DNA from: the human T2T-CHM13v2.0 reference genome, Homo sapiens | Length of the DNA stretch: 64,000 nt | Assembly: GCF_009914755.1 (NCBI RefSeq) | Contig: NC_060927.1 | Strand: one strand, 5' to 3' | In this document: in pieces, positions 48,666-64,000 of the stretch | How positions within the stretch are numbered: position 1 is the first letter of the stretch | Layout of the letters: every line of letters starts with the position of its first letter | The notes under the pieces: generated by a model | The model's database searches: none | What the model was told of the DNA's origin: nothing | Seen by the model: only the letters and a program-made list of their open reading frames with translations | Program-made: the position numbers and the translations under genes

Positions 48666-49822
48666 TGATATAATTTGACTGTGTCCCCACCCAAATCTCA
48701 TCTTGAATTGTAGTTCCCACAATCCCTACATGTCATACGAGTGACCAGGTGGAGATAAATGAATGCTGGGGGCGGTTCCCCCAGCCTGTTCTCATGATAG
48801 TGAAAAGAGAGAGTTCCCTGGTCCTGGTCCCCCACCACAGGGTGTGCCACAGGGGTGTGGCTCTCTGTTCTGCCACTGCAAGCTCAAACTCTTTAAGAGA
48901 TGGGGAGCATGCATACCGGTAGGTGCAGGAACTGGGGCAAGTGCTTTTGGGCTCCAGCCCTATGGCAGCATCTAGGGGTGGGTGTCTGTAACTTTCAAAG
49001 CCCAAGTGTGCATGTGTTACAGTGCACTCTTTTAGCCTTGCCATCCACAGATGGCTTAAGGGTTAACCAGCTCAGTGAACCCTCTGCCTTTTTGCAAAAG
49101 GAGGGGGCTAGTGTGACAACTTTCTGTATCCCAAGCCCTCATCCAGCATCCCAGAAGAATCAGGTCACACATGGACTTGAAGGATGAATGCAGGGGTTTT
49201 ATTGAGTGGTGGAAGTGGCTCTCAGTGGGATGGTTGGGGAGCTAGACAGGGGATGGAGTAGAAATATGATCTTGCCCTGGAGTTTGGCTGTCCAGTGGCT
49301 GATTCTCCGAACATCCTCAGCCAAACTCCTCCTGACGTTCCTTCTCTTCTCTCCTCTGCTGCACCATTCTGCCATCTGTTTGTCTCCTTGTCTCCTAGTC
49401 TGCTTCTGGAGCCTGGGGTTTGGGGCTTATATGGGTACAGGATAGGGGTGGTGGCAGGCCAGAAGGCAACTTTTGGGGTGCAAAAACAGGAATGCCTATT
49501 ACTTAGGGCAGCAGGTATCCAGGCTTAAGGGTGGGGCCTTTGCCAGGAACCACCCTCTTCTACCCAGTATTTCCCTGTCTCCTGTTCGTATCAATAGTGA
49601 GTTCGTTCTCATGAGATCTGGTGGTTTTACAAGCGGCTTCCCCCTTCACTGGGCCCTCATTTTCTCTGCTGCCACCCTGTGAAGTGGTGTCTCCCGCCAT
49701 GATTGTAAGTTTCCTGAGACCTCCCTAGCCATGTGAAACTGTGAGTCAATTAAACCTCTTTTCTTTATAAATTACCCAGTGTTGGGTATTTCTTCACAGC
49801 AGTGTGAGAAAGAACTAACACA
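48666..49822 (+). mobile_element. THE1 (ERVL-MaLR) LTR split by the MER50-like LTR
   Basis: TGATAT...GTGTCCCCACCCAAATCTCATCTTGAATTGTAG start; GAGTCAATTAAACCTCTTTTCTTTATAAATTACCCAG near end; TSD GTTAC (48661-48665 / 49823-49827); strand nominal. Confidence 0.85.
48801..49593 (-). mobile_element. ERV1 solo LTR (MER50-like) inserted in a THE1 LTR
   Basis: Reverse complement resembles the 40012 element; TSD ATAG (48797-48800 / 49594-49597). Confidence 0.8.
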
Positions 49823-50389
49823 GTTACCCACTGCTTTCCCCCTCATGCCATTCAGGTCTCTGCTTAGATGTTACCTTTTCCATGGGGACTTTCCAGACCT
49901 CTATATTTGAAATTGCAACTCTGCTTCCACCCTGCCCATGTCTGGCTCCCTTCCTTACTTCAATTCTTCTATTTCTGCCTGTCTTTCCACACTAGAATAT
50001 AAGCTCTATGAGAACAGGAATTTGTCTGGAGGAAGTCAAGGGCTAAAGCAGGAAGCAGAGTGAAATAAATTCTCAAAAATCAACAGTCAAGTATGATATT
50101 AAAAGGAGAAGAAGAGGCAATGGAGTGGGGGATGACTCTATTAAGCGTTAGGGTGATGGTAAAGATGTTGGCTTTTCCTGAAAGAGAAAAGTGATCGAAG
50201 GGTTTGGTTTTTTCAGTGTGTTTGTGTTTAGCTACAGGGTCTCACTGTGTTGCCTGGGCTGGAGGGTAGTGACTCTCCATCCCAGGAGCCATCATAGTAC
50301 ACAGCCTCAAACTCCTGGGCTCAAGTGATCTTCCCACCTCAGCCTCCCAAGTAGCTGGGACTGCAGGATTGCAACAGCATACCAGACAC

Positions 50390-50830
50390 TGAAGGATTTT
50401 GAGCAGAGGAATCACATGACTTTGGTGTTAAAAGGATCATTTTAGCTTATGCTTTGTGAAGGGACTATAGGGGATAAGGGCTGAAGCAGGAAGACCTGTT
50501 AGGAGGTGGTTGTCATAAAATAGGCGAGATGATAGTAGCTTAGACCAGGGTGGTAGCAATGAGATTGTGGAGAGTGGTCAGATTCTGCGGAGGTTTTAAA
50601 AGTTGTGTTGGCAGGATTTGTTGGTGGACCAGATATCAGGGGTAAGAAGGGAAGAGTTGAAAATGACTCTGAAGTTTTATGGCTTGAGTAACTGGAAGAA
50701 TAAAGTTGAGATTCACTGAAATATGGGAGACAGTGGGGAGGAGGAGGTCAGGAACTCCTTAAACTTGAATTGGTCTCATTAAACTTGAATTGCCAACTAG
50801 GCATCCAGAGACTGGGTAGGCAGTTGGATA
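50390..50830. mobile_element. L2 fragment
   Basis: TTTTGAGCAGAGGA...GCTTAGACCAGGGTGGTAGCA...GGTAGGCAGTTGGATA. Confidence 0.55.
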
Positions 50831-51318
50831 AGATTTTTGGGAGTGGCCAGTCACTCTATTAATTCTGTCTTCTAAATCTCTCTGATTTTTTCCATTCTCC
50901 CTCTTAGAAGCTTTTTCCACACTCCATTTGCCTTCTCTCCATGTTCCACCTTTAAACAGAACCATCTTTCAAATCTGATTAATTTTTCAAACCTTGTAGA
51001 CAGCTAATACCACCTTGTATCACATTCCCATTCTCCTTCATTACTGCTCAAGATGTAAGCCCCTCTGGTTATTAGTCTCAACCCTATATTTCGCCACGCA
51101 TCCTTTCCTTGACCCCACATCTCAGACTCCCTTGCCTACAAAACCTTCTCACGGTACCCTTCTGTTCCAACATCAACATCTTGCTAAATGCCCCCTCAAC
51201 CTCTTTGAATATATGGTCACACTTGACTTTTCTCTCTCAATCCTCCCTGTTCATCATCACCACATCCAGTTAATCACCAAAATCCTGTTGATATCATCTT
51301 GTCAAGGAAAACTGTGAA

Positions 51319-51712
<394 letters not shown>

Positions 51713-51791
51713 TTAAGATATCTATAACTCTATAAGTTGTAGCAAATAGATAATAACGCAACCGATTCTTGTCCATAGAAATGCAAATGAA

Positions 51792-52257
<466 letters not shown>

Positions 52258-53404
52258 TCATTAATTAATGAGTTAAATAAAATTTTGACACATTCATTTT
52301 ATGTGTGTACAAATTATCATTTTACTCTTTAAAAATGTATCCTTTAATATTCTGAGTATCTCTTAAATTTGCATTATTCCCTCCACCTGAATAACCCCTT
52401 CTAGCACAGGTCATTATCAACCTTTACCTAGATTATTTTAAAGCCCACTAATTGTACCCTTGTCTGTGGTCTCTCTATCCTATTCCACACTCTCCATTAA
52501 CCAGAGCACTTTCCCAGCATGTAAGTCTGAACATACTGCTCAATTTCATAAAATCTCCTGCTCCCAGAACAAAGTGCAGCCCTCTAGGCCTATTTTGCTT
52601 CTCCAGCCTCATGTGTGACATTGACCTGCAGTTCTCAGTCAGATTCATTTCAGTTCTCTGAATTCACTCCCTTCTCTGTCACCTCTAGAATAAAGCACTT
52701 GCAATTGCTTTGCATGCAACACACTCCACATGCCTCTCTTCTCCCAATTCTTGCCTGTTCTTTAGGGCTCATTTCTGTTACCACTTCCTTCAGGAAGCCT
52801 CTCTCTAGTCTGGGTTAGATGCTCCACTTATGTCCTCCTGTGTGCCCTCAGCCCTTTACCTCCTCCCCTAATAGCACATATCACGCTGTATTATAATTGC
52901 TCTTTAATGATCTCCTCTGCTAGTCTTTAAGCTCTGTGCTGGCAGGTGCCATGTTCAGGTTTGAATCCTGAAATCCTTACTTAAGCAGCTGTATAATCTG
53001 GGGTAAATCCTTGAACTCATTAGGCCATAATCCAATATATAATGTCTTTCATAAATTTTATCTTATATCCAACTTGTTCAAACCTGCTATTGTTTACCAC
53101 TACATCCCCAGGGCATAGCACAGCATGTAAAAGTCATTCAAAAACATGGTCCCAGGACAATAACAGAAACCTCCCTATAAAAATCCTTTTCAAGGACCAT
53201 GACCCACCCTACCTACTCCAGCACCCCCCAACCCCCTGCAAAAAGCACAAATTATACTCAAATAGAAAGTACTTCAGTTTGTTTAGATTTTTATTTTATA
53301 AAGTCAGAGTAAAATATTCAACCCACCTGCTTTTTAATTGTGAATGGTTCCATATAATGGCCATCCTAGGAGGGATGAAAAAGGGTTTTGTTTTACTTTC
53401 TCTG

Positions 53405-53769
53405 ATTTATAAAGAAAAAAAGGTTTATTTGATTAATGATTCTCGTGGCTGGGAAGTTCAAGATTGTGCATCTGCATCTGATGAGGGCCTCAGGCTGCTT
53501 CCACTCACGGTGGAAGGTAAAGGGGAGCTGGCATGTGCAGAGATCACATGGAGAGAGAGGAAGCAAGAGGGAGGGTGGAGGTGCCAGGCTCATTTTAACA
53601 ACCAGCTCTCACAGGAACTAATAGATGAGAACTCACCTCTGAGGGAGGGCATTAATCTATTCATGAGGGATCTGCTCCCATGACCCAAACACCTCCAATT
53701 AGGCTTCAATATTGGGAATCACATTTCAGCATGATGTTTGGAGGGGACAAATATCCACACCAGCAGTCA
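53405..53769. mobile_element. MST-type MaLR LTR
   Basis: GGCATTAATCTATTCATGAGGGATCTGCTCCCATGACCCAAACACCTCC hallmark. Confidence 0.7.
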
Positions 53770-54136
53770 GTGTTCTGCAATTTCACAGTGATGCGCATAA
53801 AGTGGGAGTTCATTTATCATTGTATGGGGCACTCAGTGACCTCTCAATCTGGAAGCTCAGTTAATATCCTTGGACTCCAAGAAATTACTATTTTCTTAGA
53901 TAATTTCAATACCTCCATCTATTTCTCATTCTATAATTCCCCTGGCTTGATCTTCTAATTATTTTTCTCTCTCTTATTTTACTTGCTTTATTTTTCCCCT
54001 TCTAATTCTGGGAGAGTTCTCCAACTTTTTCTACTGACATTTTATTTCTGCTATAATAAATTTTTGAGAGCAGCTGCTTATCTTTTGAATGCTTGCTCTC
54101 TTTCTCCTGTCTCTTCTTCTCCTCTTTTTGGGCTGA

Positions 54137-54462
<326 letters not shown>

Positions 54463-55193
54463 CTAGAGGATATTAATTCTTTTTAATTTTTTTCTTCAGT
54501 TCTCTGGACTGTTTCTGTTTCCATCAGTTTGTTTATTTTGGTTTTGCCTTTCATGTTGGAGGCTTACCTCAAACATCTGGTGAACTTTGGCTGTGTGTTC
54601 ATATTTACTAGTAGACAATTTACTATGAAACTCTGTGTGCAAAGACAGAGCTCACTGAATAACCCCTGACCTTCCTATAGGGTTATCAGTGGTGTATTAG
54701 CTGGAGTCCCACAAGAAACAGGTGCCACACTCCTTCAGAGAAGCTGAGAAAAATTTAATAACGGTGGACAAGGAAGAGACCAATAAGGAATAAGTAAGCA
54801 ACAAGAGGAAGGAGAAAAGGGCAAGAGAGATGACCAGAGCTTGGGGACAGTAGCGATGTTAAGGGGATCATCTCTCTTGCCCTTGGGTCTCTCATTGCCC
54901 AGAACCAACTTGAGGGCACGAGAGCCCATTGATGGAATCCATAAGGATCAGCTGTTGAGTGCACTAAGTAGAAGAGAGAAAGTGAATATGGAGCTGGAAA
55001 CACAAAAAAGTATCCAGGACAGGTATCCAGCCAATTTGATGGAGCAACACAAATGTTAGCAACCCAGCATAGCACCTGGCCTATATCACAGGATAGTCCA
55101 TAAATATTTGCAGGGTGAATACATTAGGCAAGTAATGATCATATCGTAATTGGTCTTGAATGTGGTAAAAAATTTTTACAATTTTTTTTTTTT

Positions 55194-55803
<610 letters not shown>

Positions 55804-55848
<45 letters not shown>

Positions 55849-55892
55849 AATATATAAAAATAAATATAAATATGTATGTATATATGTACATA
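55804..55892. repeat. (CA)n microsatellite followed by TA-rich repeat
   Basis: Direct reading. Confidence 0.92.
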
Positions 55893-56277
55893 GAGAGACA
55901 GAGAGCACAGGAACCTCTTTTGAAGAATTGTCTTAATAACCCCAATATAAGATCTATAACCAGGTAAAAGAAGAATAATCGCCCTTATGGAATCTGGAGA
56001 ACCTGTGGGCATCCCTCATTTTGACACCCTGCTCACTTGCCCTTCTTGTTGCCTCGAGCCTCTCCCACTCTTCTCTTCCCATGTCCTCTGCAAAAATGCC
56101 TCTGAAGAGGCCACAAAGAACTTAGTTTGAAAGCCATGGGGATATGTGAAGGGCCATGTAGCACCCCCTGCAGTAGGTACTGCAGCAGCTCTACTCTGAA
56201 TTATGAGATTTCTGACCTTCTTTCAGTGAACATTCTTCCTGATCCTTCCTGTGTTTCTTCTTCTCTTGACCCTGCAG

Positions 56278-56516
56278 GAGCTCAAGGTGGCTCTGTGGCC
56301 AGGGCAATTTTGGAGAGCAAAAAATTTGCAGTGAGAGCAGTGACCAGGGATGTGACTTGACCAAATGCCCTGGAGCTCCAGCGCCTTGGAGCTGAGGTGG
56401 TCAAAGGTGACCTGAATGATAAAGCATCGGTGGACAGTGCCTTAAAAGGTGTCTATGGGGCCTTCTTGGTGACCAACTTCTGGGACCCTCTCAACCAAGA
56501 TAAGGAAGTGTGTCGG
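56278..56516 (+). pseudogene. NMRAL2P: NMRAL2P exon, 239 nt (GAQGGSVARAILESKKFAVRAVTRDVT*PNALELQRLGAEVVKGDLND...EVCR)
   Basis: Polypyrimidine tract + CAG acceptor; GTAGAA donor; TGA at 56358-56360. Confidence 0.92.
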
Positions 56517-57011
56517 GTAGAAACCAAATTGTTTCATTTTTCCTCTTGAGCCCTTTCCTCTTACCCTCCCTAGCAGCTTCTTTCCTTCCTATAAGGGGAC
56601 AGGCCTTCAGTCTGGGCAAATGTATGTCTTACATCCCTTTTGGCATTTATAAAAAATATGTACTTTAAGTACTTGTTAAAGGTATCTTTGTAAAATTAAT
56701 GTTATGTAGCATCTGTCTAGGTCTCGAGACCTTGAGTATTCAGAGTGAGCATTTAATGAAGCTAGTCATTGGATTCTCCACTTCTCACCATTTGTTTGTA
56801 CATGGCATGGGGGGGGTGGTGGCAAGGGTACCCCCAAATTTGAGGCTAGTTTGAGAGTGAAATGGAGAGAATAAAGATGTAATTTACACTTCATTTATAC
56901 TTCAGATAGATAATTTGGGGATGGGTACATAGAAAAAGAAATAAAAGAGCAAATAAACCCACAATGAATTAAATTCAGGGAAAATGAAAGTTTGTAGAAA
57001 AAGTAAATGTA

Positions 57012-57350
<339 letters not shown>

Positions 57351-57669
57351 TCACATAACTCAGCTTCAGCTGTGTGTAAGCACTGAATATTGATCTAGCC
57401 AAAAACAATGATTGGGAGAATGAAACAAGGGAATTGTGTATATGTGTGGTGGTGGTGGTGGACAACCTGAGTGAGTAAGAGAGGAGAGAGAGCGAGTGAG
57501 TGAGAGACAATCATTAAATCCTCATCTTTCATAGTAGGAATTTAGTAGATGATATTTCAAATTGAAAAAATCAACAATTAGTGGTATAAACGTTTACAAA
57601 AATAAACAGCTAAATGAAATTAGTGTTACTTCTGGAGAACAGTAATCAGCATGGGGCACAGGGAACTTA

Positions 57670-58080
<411 letters not shown>

Positions 58081-59026
58081 GGAATTTCTTTTTCATTATA
58101 AGATCCATTCCCTCCCAACCCATGACAGTACTATTTGAAAATTTAAACTATGTATATGTATACATTTGAGAAAAAATGAAGATTAGATTTAAAAAAATAT
58201 AATGGATGGTATTAGCCACTTGAAGAAATGGCACAATTCAAAAAATCGAGAGCAGGATCAAACTGTTCCAGGAATGTCTCTTGAATTAATTATACCATTC
58301 ACAGCCTCTGTTTTAGTGATAAACTCTGGAAGGGCTTATTTTAGGAGACTTGAATTCTACTTCTGATATTTACTTACTAGGAAATGTAGGGATACAAGTC
58401 ACCTCTCTGCTTCACTTCCTGCCTCTGCTAACCCAGGTTAATTATGTCTTCTCTGCCTGCCGCATAAGGTTTTTTAAGGAAAAGTAAGAAGTTAACAGCA
58501 AAAAGAAAGGAAAAAAGAAGAGAGAGATGAAAGTGCTTTGGAAAATTTGGATCTAAAAACACACAAAAAAGAGAATATATATACCTGTGTGTTTGTGTGT
58601 GTGTGTATATATGCCTCCATTATGCCCTCAATATCCAAATGGTGTGTAGATATATTCCATTACTAGACACAATTATAGAAAATAAATAAATGCGATTGCA
58701 GTTGATCACAAAGACACTGAGAGCCCAGAGAAAAAGGCCATCTCTTCCTGGTCAGTTCCCACCAGGTTGCTTCTTGGCTTCAAACAGGTACCTGGGGTTC
58801 CTTTCTCCTCTGCCACCTCTCTAATTTCTTATTCTACTACTCCCCCACCTCCGGTGTTCTGCTGACAGCCCCTTTGGGAGCAGGCTGAGGAGTTGGGGGT
58901 TTTGGAGTGGAGCCTCTGCTCACCAATGCGGCTGTGGTGGCCTCTCGTAAGGTAAATTGAATATATTTTGAGGCTGGTAGAGCTTCCTCTCCATAGGGAT
59001 GGGGGTAATAAGAAAAGGAGAGAGTG

Positions 59027-59294
59027 GGCCCGGCGCCGTGGCTCAGGCCTGTAATCCCAACAATTTTGGAGTCCGAAGTAGGCAGATGACTTGAGATCAG
59101 GAGTTTCAGAACAGCCTGGCCGTATGGTGAAACCCCATCTCTACTAAAAAATACAAAAAACTAGCTGGGCGTGGTGGTGCGCACTTGTAACCCCGGCTAC
59201 TCGGGAGTCTGAGCCAGGAGAATCACTTGAATCCGGGAGGCGGAAGCTGCAATGAGCGGAAATCACCAGACTCTGTCTTAAAAAAAAAAAAAAA
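59027..59294 (+). mobile_element. Alu (deletion in right arm)
   Basis: Alu consensus. Confidence 0.88.
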
Positions 59295-59392
59295 GCAGTG
59301 GGGAGAGGGGGTAGAGGGGAGGTGAGGAGATGGAAGAGATCCTGCTCTTAACATCTGTCCAAATGCAAATACAAATACAGCGGCCTATATGA

Positions 59393-59674
<282 letters not shown>

Positions 59675-59987
59675 TGAAAACTCACTAGGCACCTGGTTGC
59701 CCTCCTCTCCACTCACCTGCCTCCCTCTCTCCCTTCTTGCCCCTCTGCAGTGGACACCTGTCATCTGAGTGCCTTCTATGTGTTTAGCCCTATGTGAAGT
59801 GCTGAGAGGGATGCCAAATTGTCCTCAGCTTCTCTAGGGCACTACACTAAGTTGCTCTTCTAGGGCAGAGAACTAGATCTGGGATCAGAAGCACAAAGGG
59901 TTACATTTCCAATCTTAACATACTGACCGTCCTTAATGTAAGTACTGGAGTTAGCTATGTGACCTCTAGCCTCAGTTTCCTCAGGTT

Positions 59988-60646
59988 ATTTTTATTTTAT
60001 TTTTTGAGATGGAGTCTTGCTCTGTCGCCCAGGCTGTAGTGCAGCAGCGTAATCTTGGCCCACTGCAACCTCCACAGCCTGGGTTCAAGTGATTCTTGTG
60101 CCTCACCCTCCTGCGTGGCTGGCATTACACGCACCCGCCACCATGCCCGGCTAATTTTTGCATTTTTAAATAGATACGGGGTTTCACCATGTTGCCCAGG
60201 CTAGTCTCAAACTCCTGAACTCAAGGGATCCAGCCAACTCAACCTCCCAAAATGCTGGGATTACAGGTGTGAGCCACCACGCCTGGCAGATTCCTCAAGG
60301 TTTAACGGGAAAATTGGACAAGATGACTTTTTTTTTTTTTTTTTGAGTCTGAGTCTCTGTTGCCCAGGCTGGAATGCAGTGGGTCTTTTGCCCATACTGG
60401 GTTTCATTGCTCACTGTGCAGCCTCAAACTTTTGGGCTCAAGCATCCTCCTACCTCAGCCTCTTGAGTAGCTAGGACTATAGGTGTATACCATCACATCT
60501 GGCCAATTATTATTTTATTTTATTTTTGAAGAAATGGGGTCTCTCTTTGTTGCCCAGGCTGGTCTTGAACTCCTGGGCTCAAGCGATCCTCCCACCTCTG
60601 CCTCCCAAAGTGCTGTGATTACAGGTGTGAGCCACCATGCCCAGCC
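59988..60646 (-). mobile_element. Two Alus (59988-60287; 60328-60646)
   Basis: Reverse consensus. Confidence 0.88.
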
Positions 60647-61057
60647 TCAGGATGACTTCTAAGACCCTTCTAGCTCATCCATCTGAACTTCTGTGGCAAC
60701 AATGGAGGAAAAGTGTTCTTCTGATCTGGGTCCCAAGGTCAGAATTAGAGCTGAGAGGGACCGTGACCTGCCTGGGAGACAGGTTCCCAGGCCCTACCTG
60801 CAGAGAGTCCAATTCCGGGTTGAGTCCAGGTCTGGGTTGAGGCCTAGTTTTAACAAGGACTCCTGGTAATTCCAAAGCTGCTGGTCCACTGGCCGGCATT
60901 CCCCTTCCCTTTGGGGACACTTTCTGTGGCCATGGTCAGAGTTGGCCTTTGTGCAGTGGGGGGAATGTGGGAATACCAATGACAATTCAGGCTTTCTTCC
61001 TAGATTCAGAATTAATACTCACCAGAAGCCGGGAGGGGTGGCCTATGGTCCCAGCTA

Positions 61058-62025
<968 letters not shown>

Positions 62026-62494
62026 GGCAAGAGTGGAAACAAGGAGACAAATTTTGCAATAACTCAAGTCACGGATGATGGTGGCTTGGACCAGGGTGGT
62101 AGCATTGAAGATGATGAGAAGTGGCCAGATTTTGTACATATCATGCATATGATTTCCAAAAAAAAAAAAAGAAAAGGATATGGGATGTGAGAGAAGTGTC
62201 AAGGCTGACTGCAAGATTTGTGACCTGAGAAATCAGAATGATAGGGTTGCCATTAGCTGAGGTGGGAGGCTGTAGGGAAGCAGGTTGTGGGGTGTAGGAG
62301 TTCAGTTTGGGGCCTGTTGAGTTTAAGATGTCTATTGAACAGTCAGGTAAGGATTTGAGTACGTAGTGGGACACATGAGTCTGGAATTCAGCAGAAGTTT
62401 TGGCTGGAGATACATTTAATCATACTTTACATAGAGAAGATATTTAGTAAATGGTTGCTCTTTTAAATCAATATCCAGGCACTGTAGTATTCTC

Positions 62495-62830
<336 letters not shown>

Positions 62831-62966
62831 TAGATTGTGGTCACTGGGTTTTACATTGCCGTCCCACACCTTTTCTTTAAATGATTGATTAGTTTGGGTT
62901 GGTGGGACCTACCAAGGATGTGATGTAATTAACTATTTATCTTTTTCTATTTTTTTTTTAAACTAG

Positions 62967-63157
62967 CTGTACCGATGGGAGATGTACCAATGGATGGTAT
63001 CTCTGTTGCTGATATTGGAGCAGCCGTCTCTAGCATTTTTAATTCTCCAGAGGAATTTTTAGGCAAGGCCGTGGGGCTCAGTGCAGAAGCACTAACAATA
63101 CAGCAATATGCTGATGTTTTGTCCAAGGCTTTGGGGAAAGAAGTCCGAGATGCAAAG
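62967..63157 (+). pseudogene. NMRAL2P: NMRAL2P exon, 191 nt (VPMGDVPMDGISVADIG...EVRDAK)
   Basis: T-rich tract + TAG acceptor; GTGAGT donor; ORF 62975..63169. Confidence 0.93.
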
Positions 63158-63519
63158 GTGAGTTCTTAGGGGACATCCATGTGATCACAAGAGGCCACCT
63201 TGGTTAACATTCCACTGACTTACAAATTTTGGTAGACTCTCTGTGGATTTAGGCAGGATTGAACTTAAACTTTCAGAAGAAATTGAGAAGGATTGTGGTT
63301 CCATAAATCTATCTTCATCGATTGGTGCAGTGGAATCTCTCCCATATGGCTTTATTTCTTTGGCTTAGGGTTAATTGACTTGTAAAAGTAAAATTACTTT
63401 TGAGTGGAAAGAACGTAGAATGTGAAGATTGAGATACAGCCTTTTTACACACATGATCCCAACTCCTCTCATAAGTCCTTGCTGCTGACCACTTCGGTCG
63501 TCCAGAGCTAGCTGATGTG

Positions 63520-63680
63520 GAACAAGACACTTAGCTTCATTGAGCCTCAGCTTCCTCAGTTGCAAAGTGGGGAATGATAGTATCTACTTTGGGTGTTCTT
63601 GTGAAAGTTACAGAGAATATATTTAAAGGGCTTATCATAGTGTTTGGCACATGGCAGAGATGTATTGAGTCTCTATTATG
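63520..63680 (+). mobile_element. MIR
   Basis: GAGCCTCAGCTTCCTCAGTTGCAAAGTGGGGAATGATAGTA core. Confidence 0.55.
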
Positions 63681-64000
63681 AACCCAATGCTACTTTAAGG
63701 AATTTGCAGCAAGGTTGGAGTAAAAATATTGATGCCCATCAAGTCGCCATGATCATTATAAGACATAACACTATAGGTGCTTAATTGTGTTGTTCAGACT
63801 ATCTGTGCTATAGATGACCAGAAAACAGTGGAAGAAGGTTTCATGGAAGACGTGGGCTTGAGTTGGTCCTTGAGGGAACATGACCATGTATAGACAGAGG
63901 AGGCATCAAGAAGGCTGGCCTGGCTAATTCTGGAATAAACACGACAAACCAGAGGCAGTACGGGAAGGAGGCAAATTCTGGCTCTGCCTCTATCCTTGGT

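Noticed and set aside
53042-53683. Longest ORF in the track (213 aa)
   Set aside because: Runs from intronic sequence into an MST LTR; no recognisable domain or splice support
56358-56360. In-frame TGA as a selenocysteine codon
   Set aside because: Aligns with a basic residue rather than Cys in the paralogue; CGA>TGA is simpler; the 3' UTR where a SECIS would lie is not visible

Overview
Primate, most likely human, genomic DNA with many Alu elements; there are no prokaryotic features. Left 26 kb, minus strand: the complete TRA2B (SFRS10) splicing-factor gene. Nine coding exons join at GT-AG boundaries into an 867-nt CDS (288 aa, RS-RRM-RS). The gene also has the 276-nt poison exon (19367-19642), a CpG-island promoter and tandem polyA signals. 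Right 16 kb, plus strand: four exons of an intron-containing NmrA-family paralogue of NMRAL1/HSCARG, recognised as NMRAL2P (LOC344887). Its 240 visible codons keep intact splice sites and carry a single lesion, TGA at codon 41; the last coding exon lies beyond the window. Between and within the genes are many Alus, L1/L2/MIR fragments, a solo HERV-H LTR7 with a perfect target-site duplication (TSD) and nested LTR insertions. I found no wholly new biological system. The best leads are the one-hit pseudogene, an NRF2-type ARE lying inside an Alu TSD at its promoter, an apparent iterative templated insertion at 36743-36794, and the LTR7. Gene and repeat names come from recall, not a database search, and most repeat boundaries are approximate.
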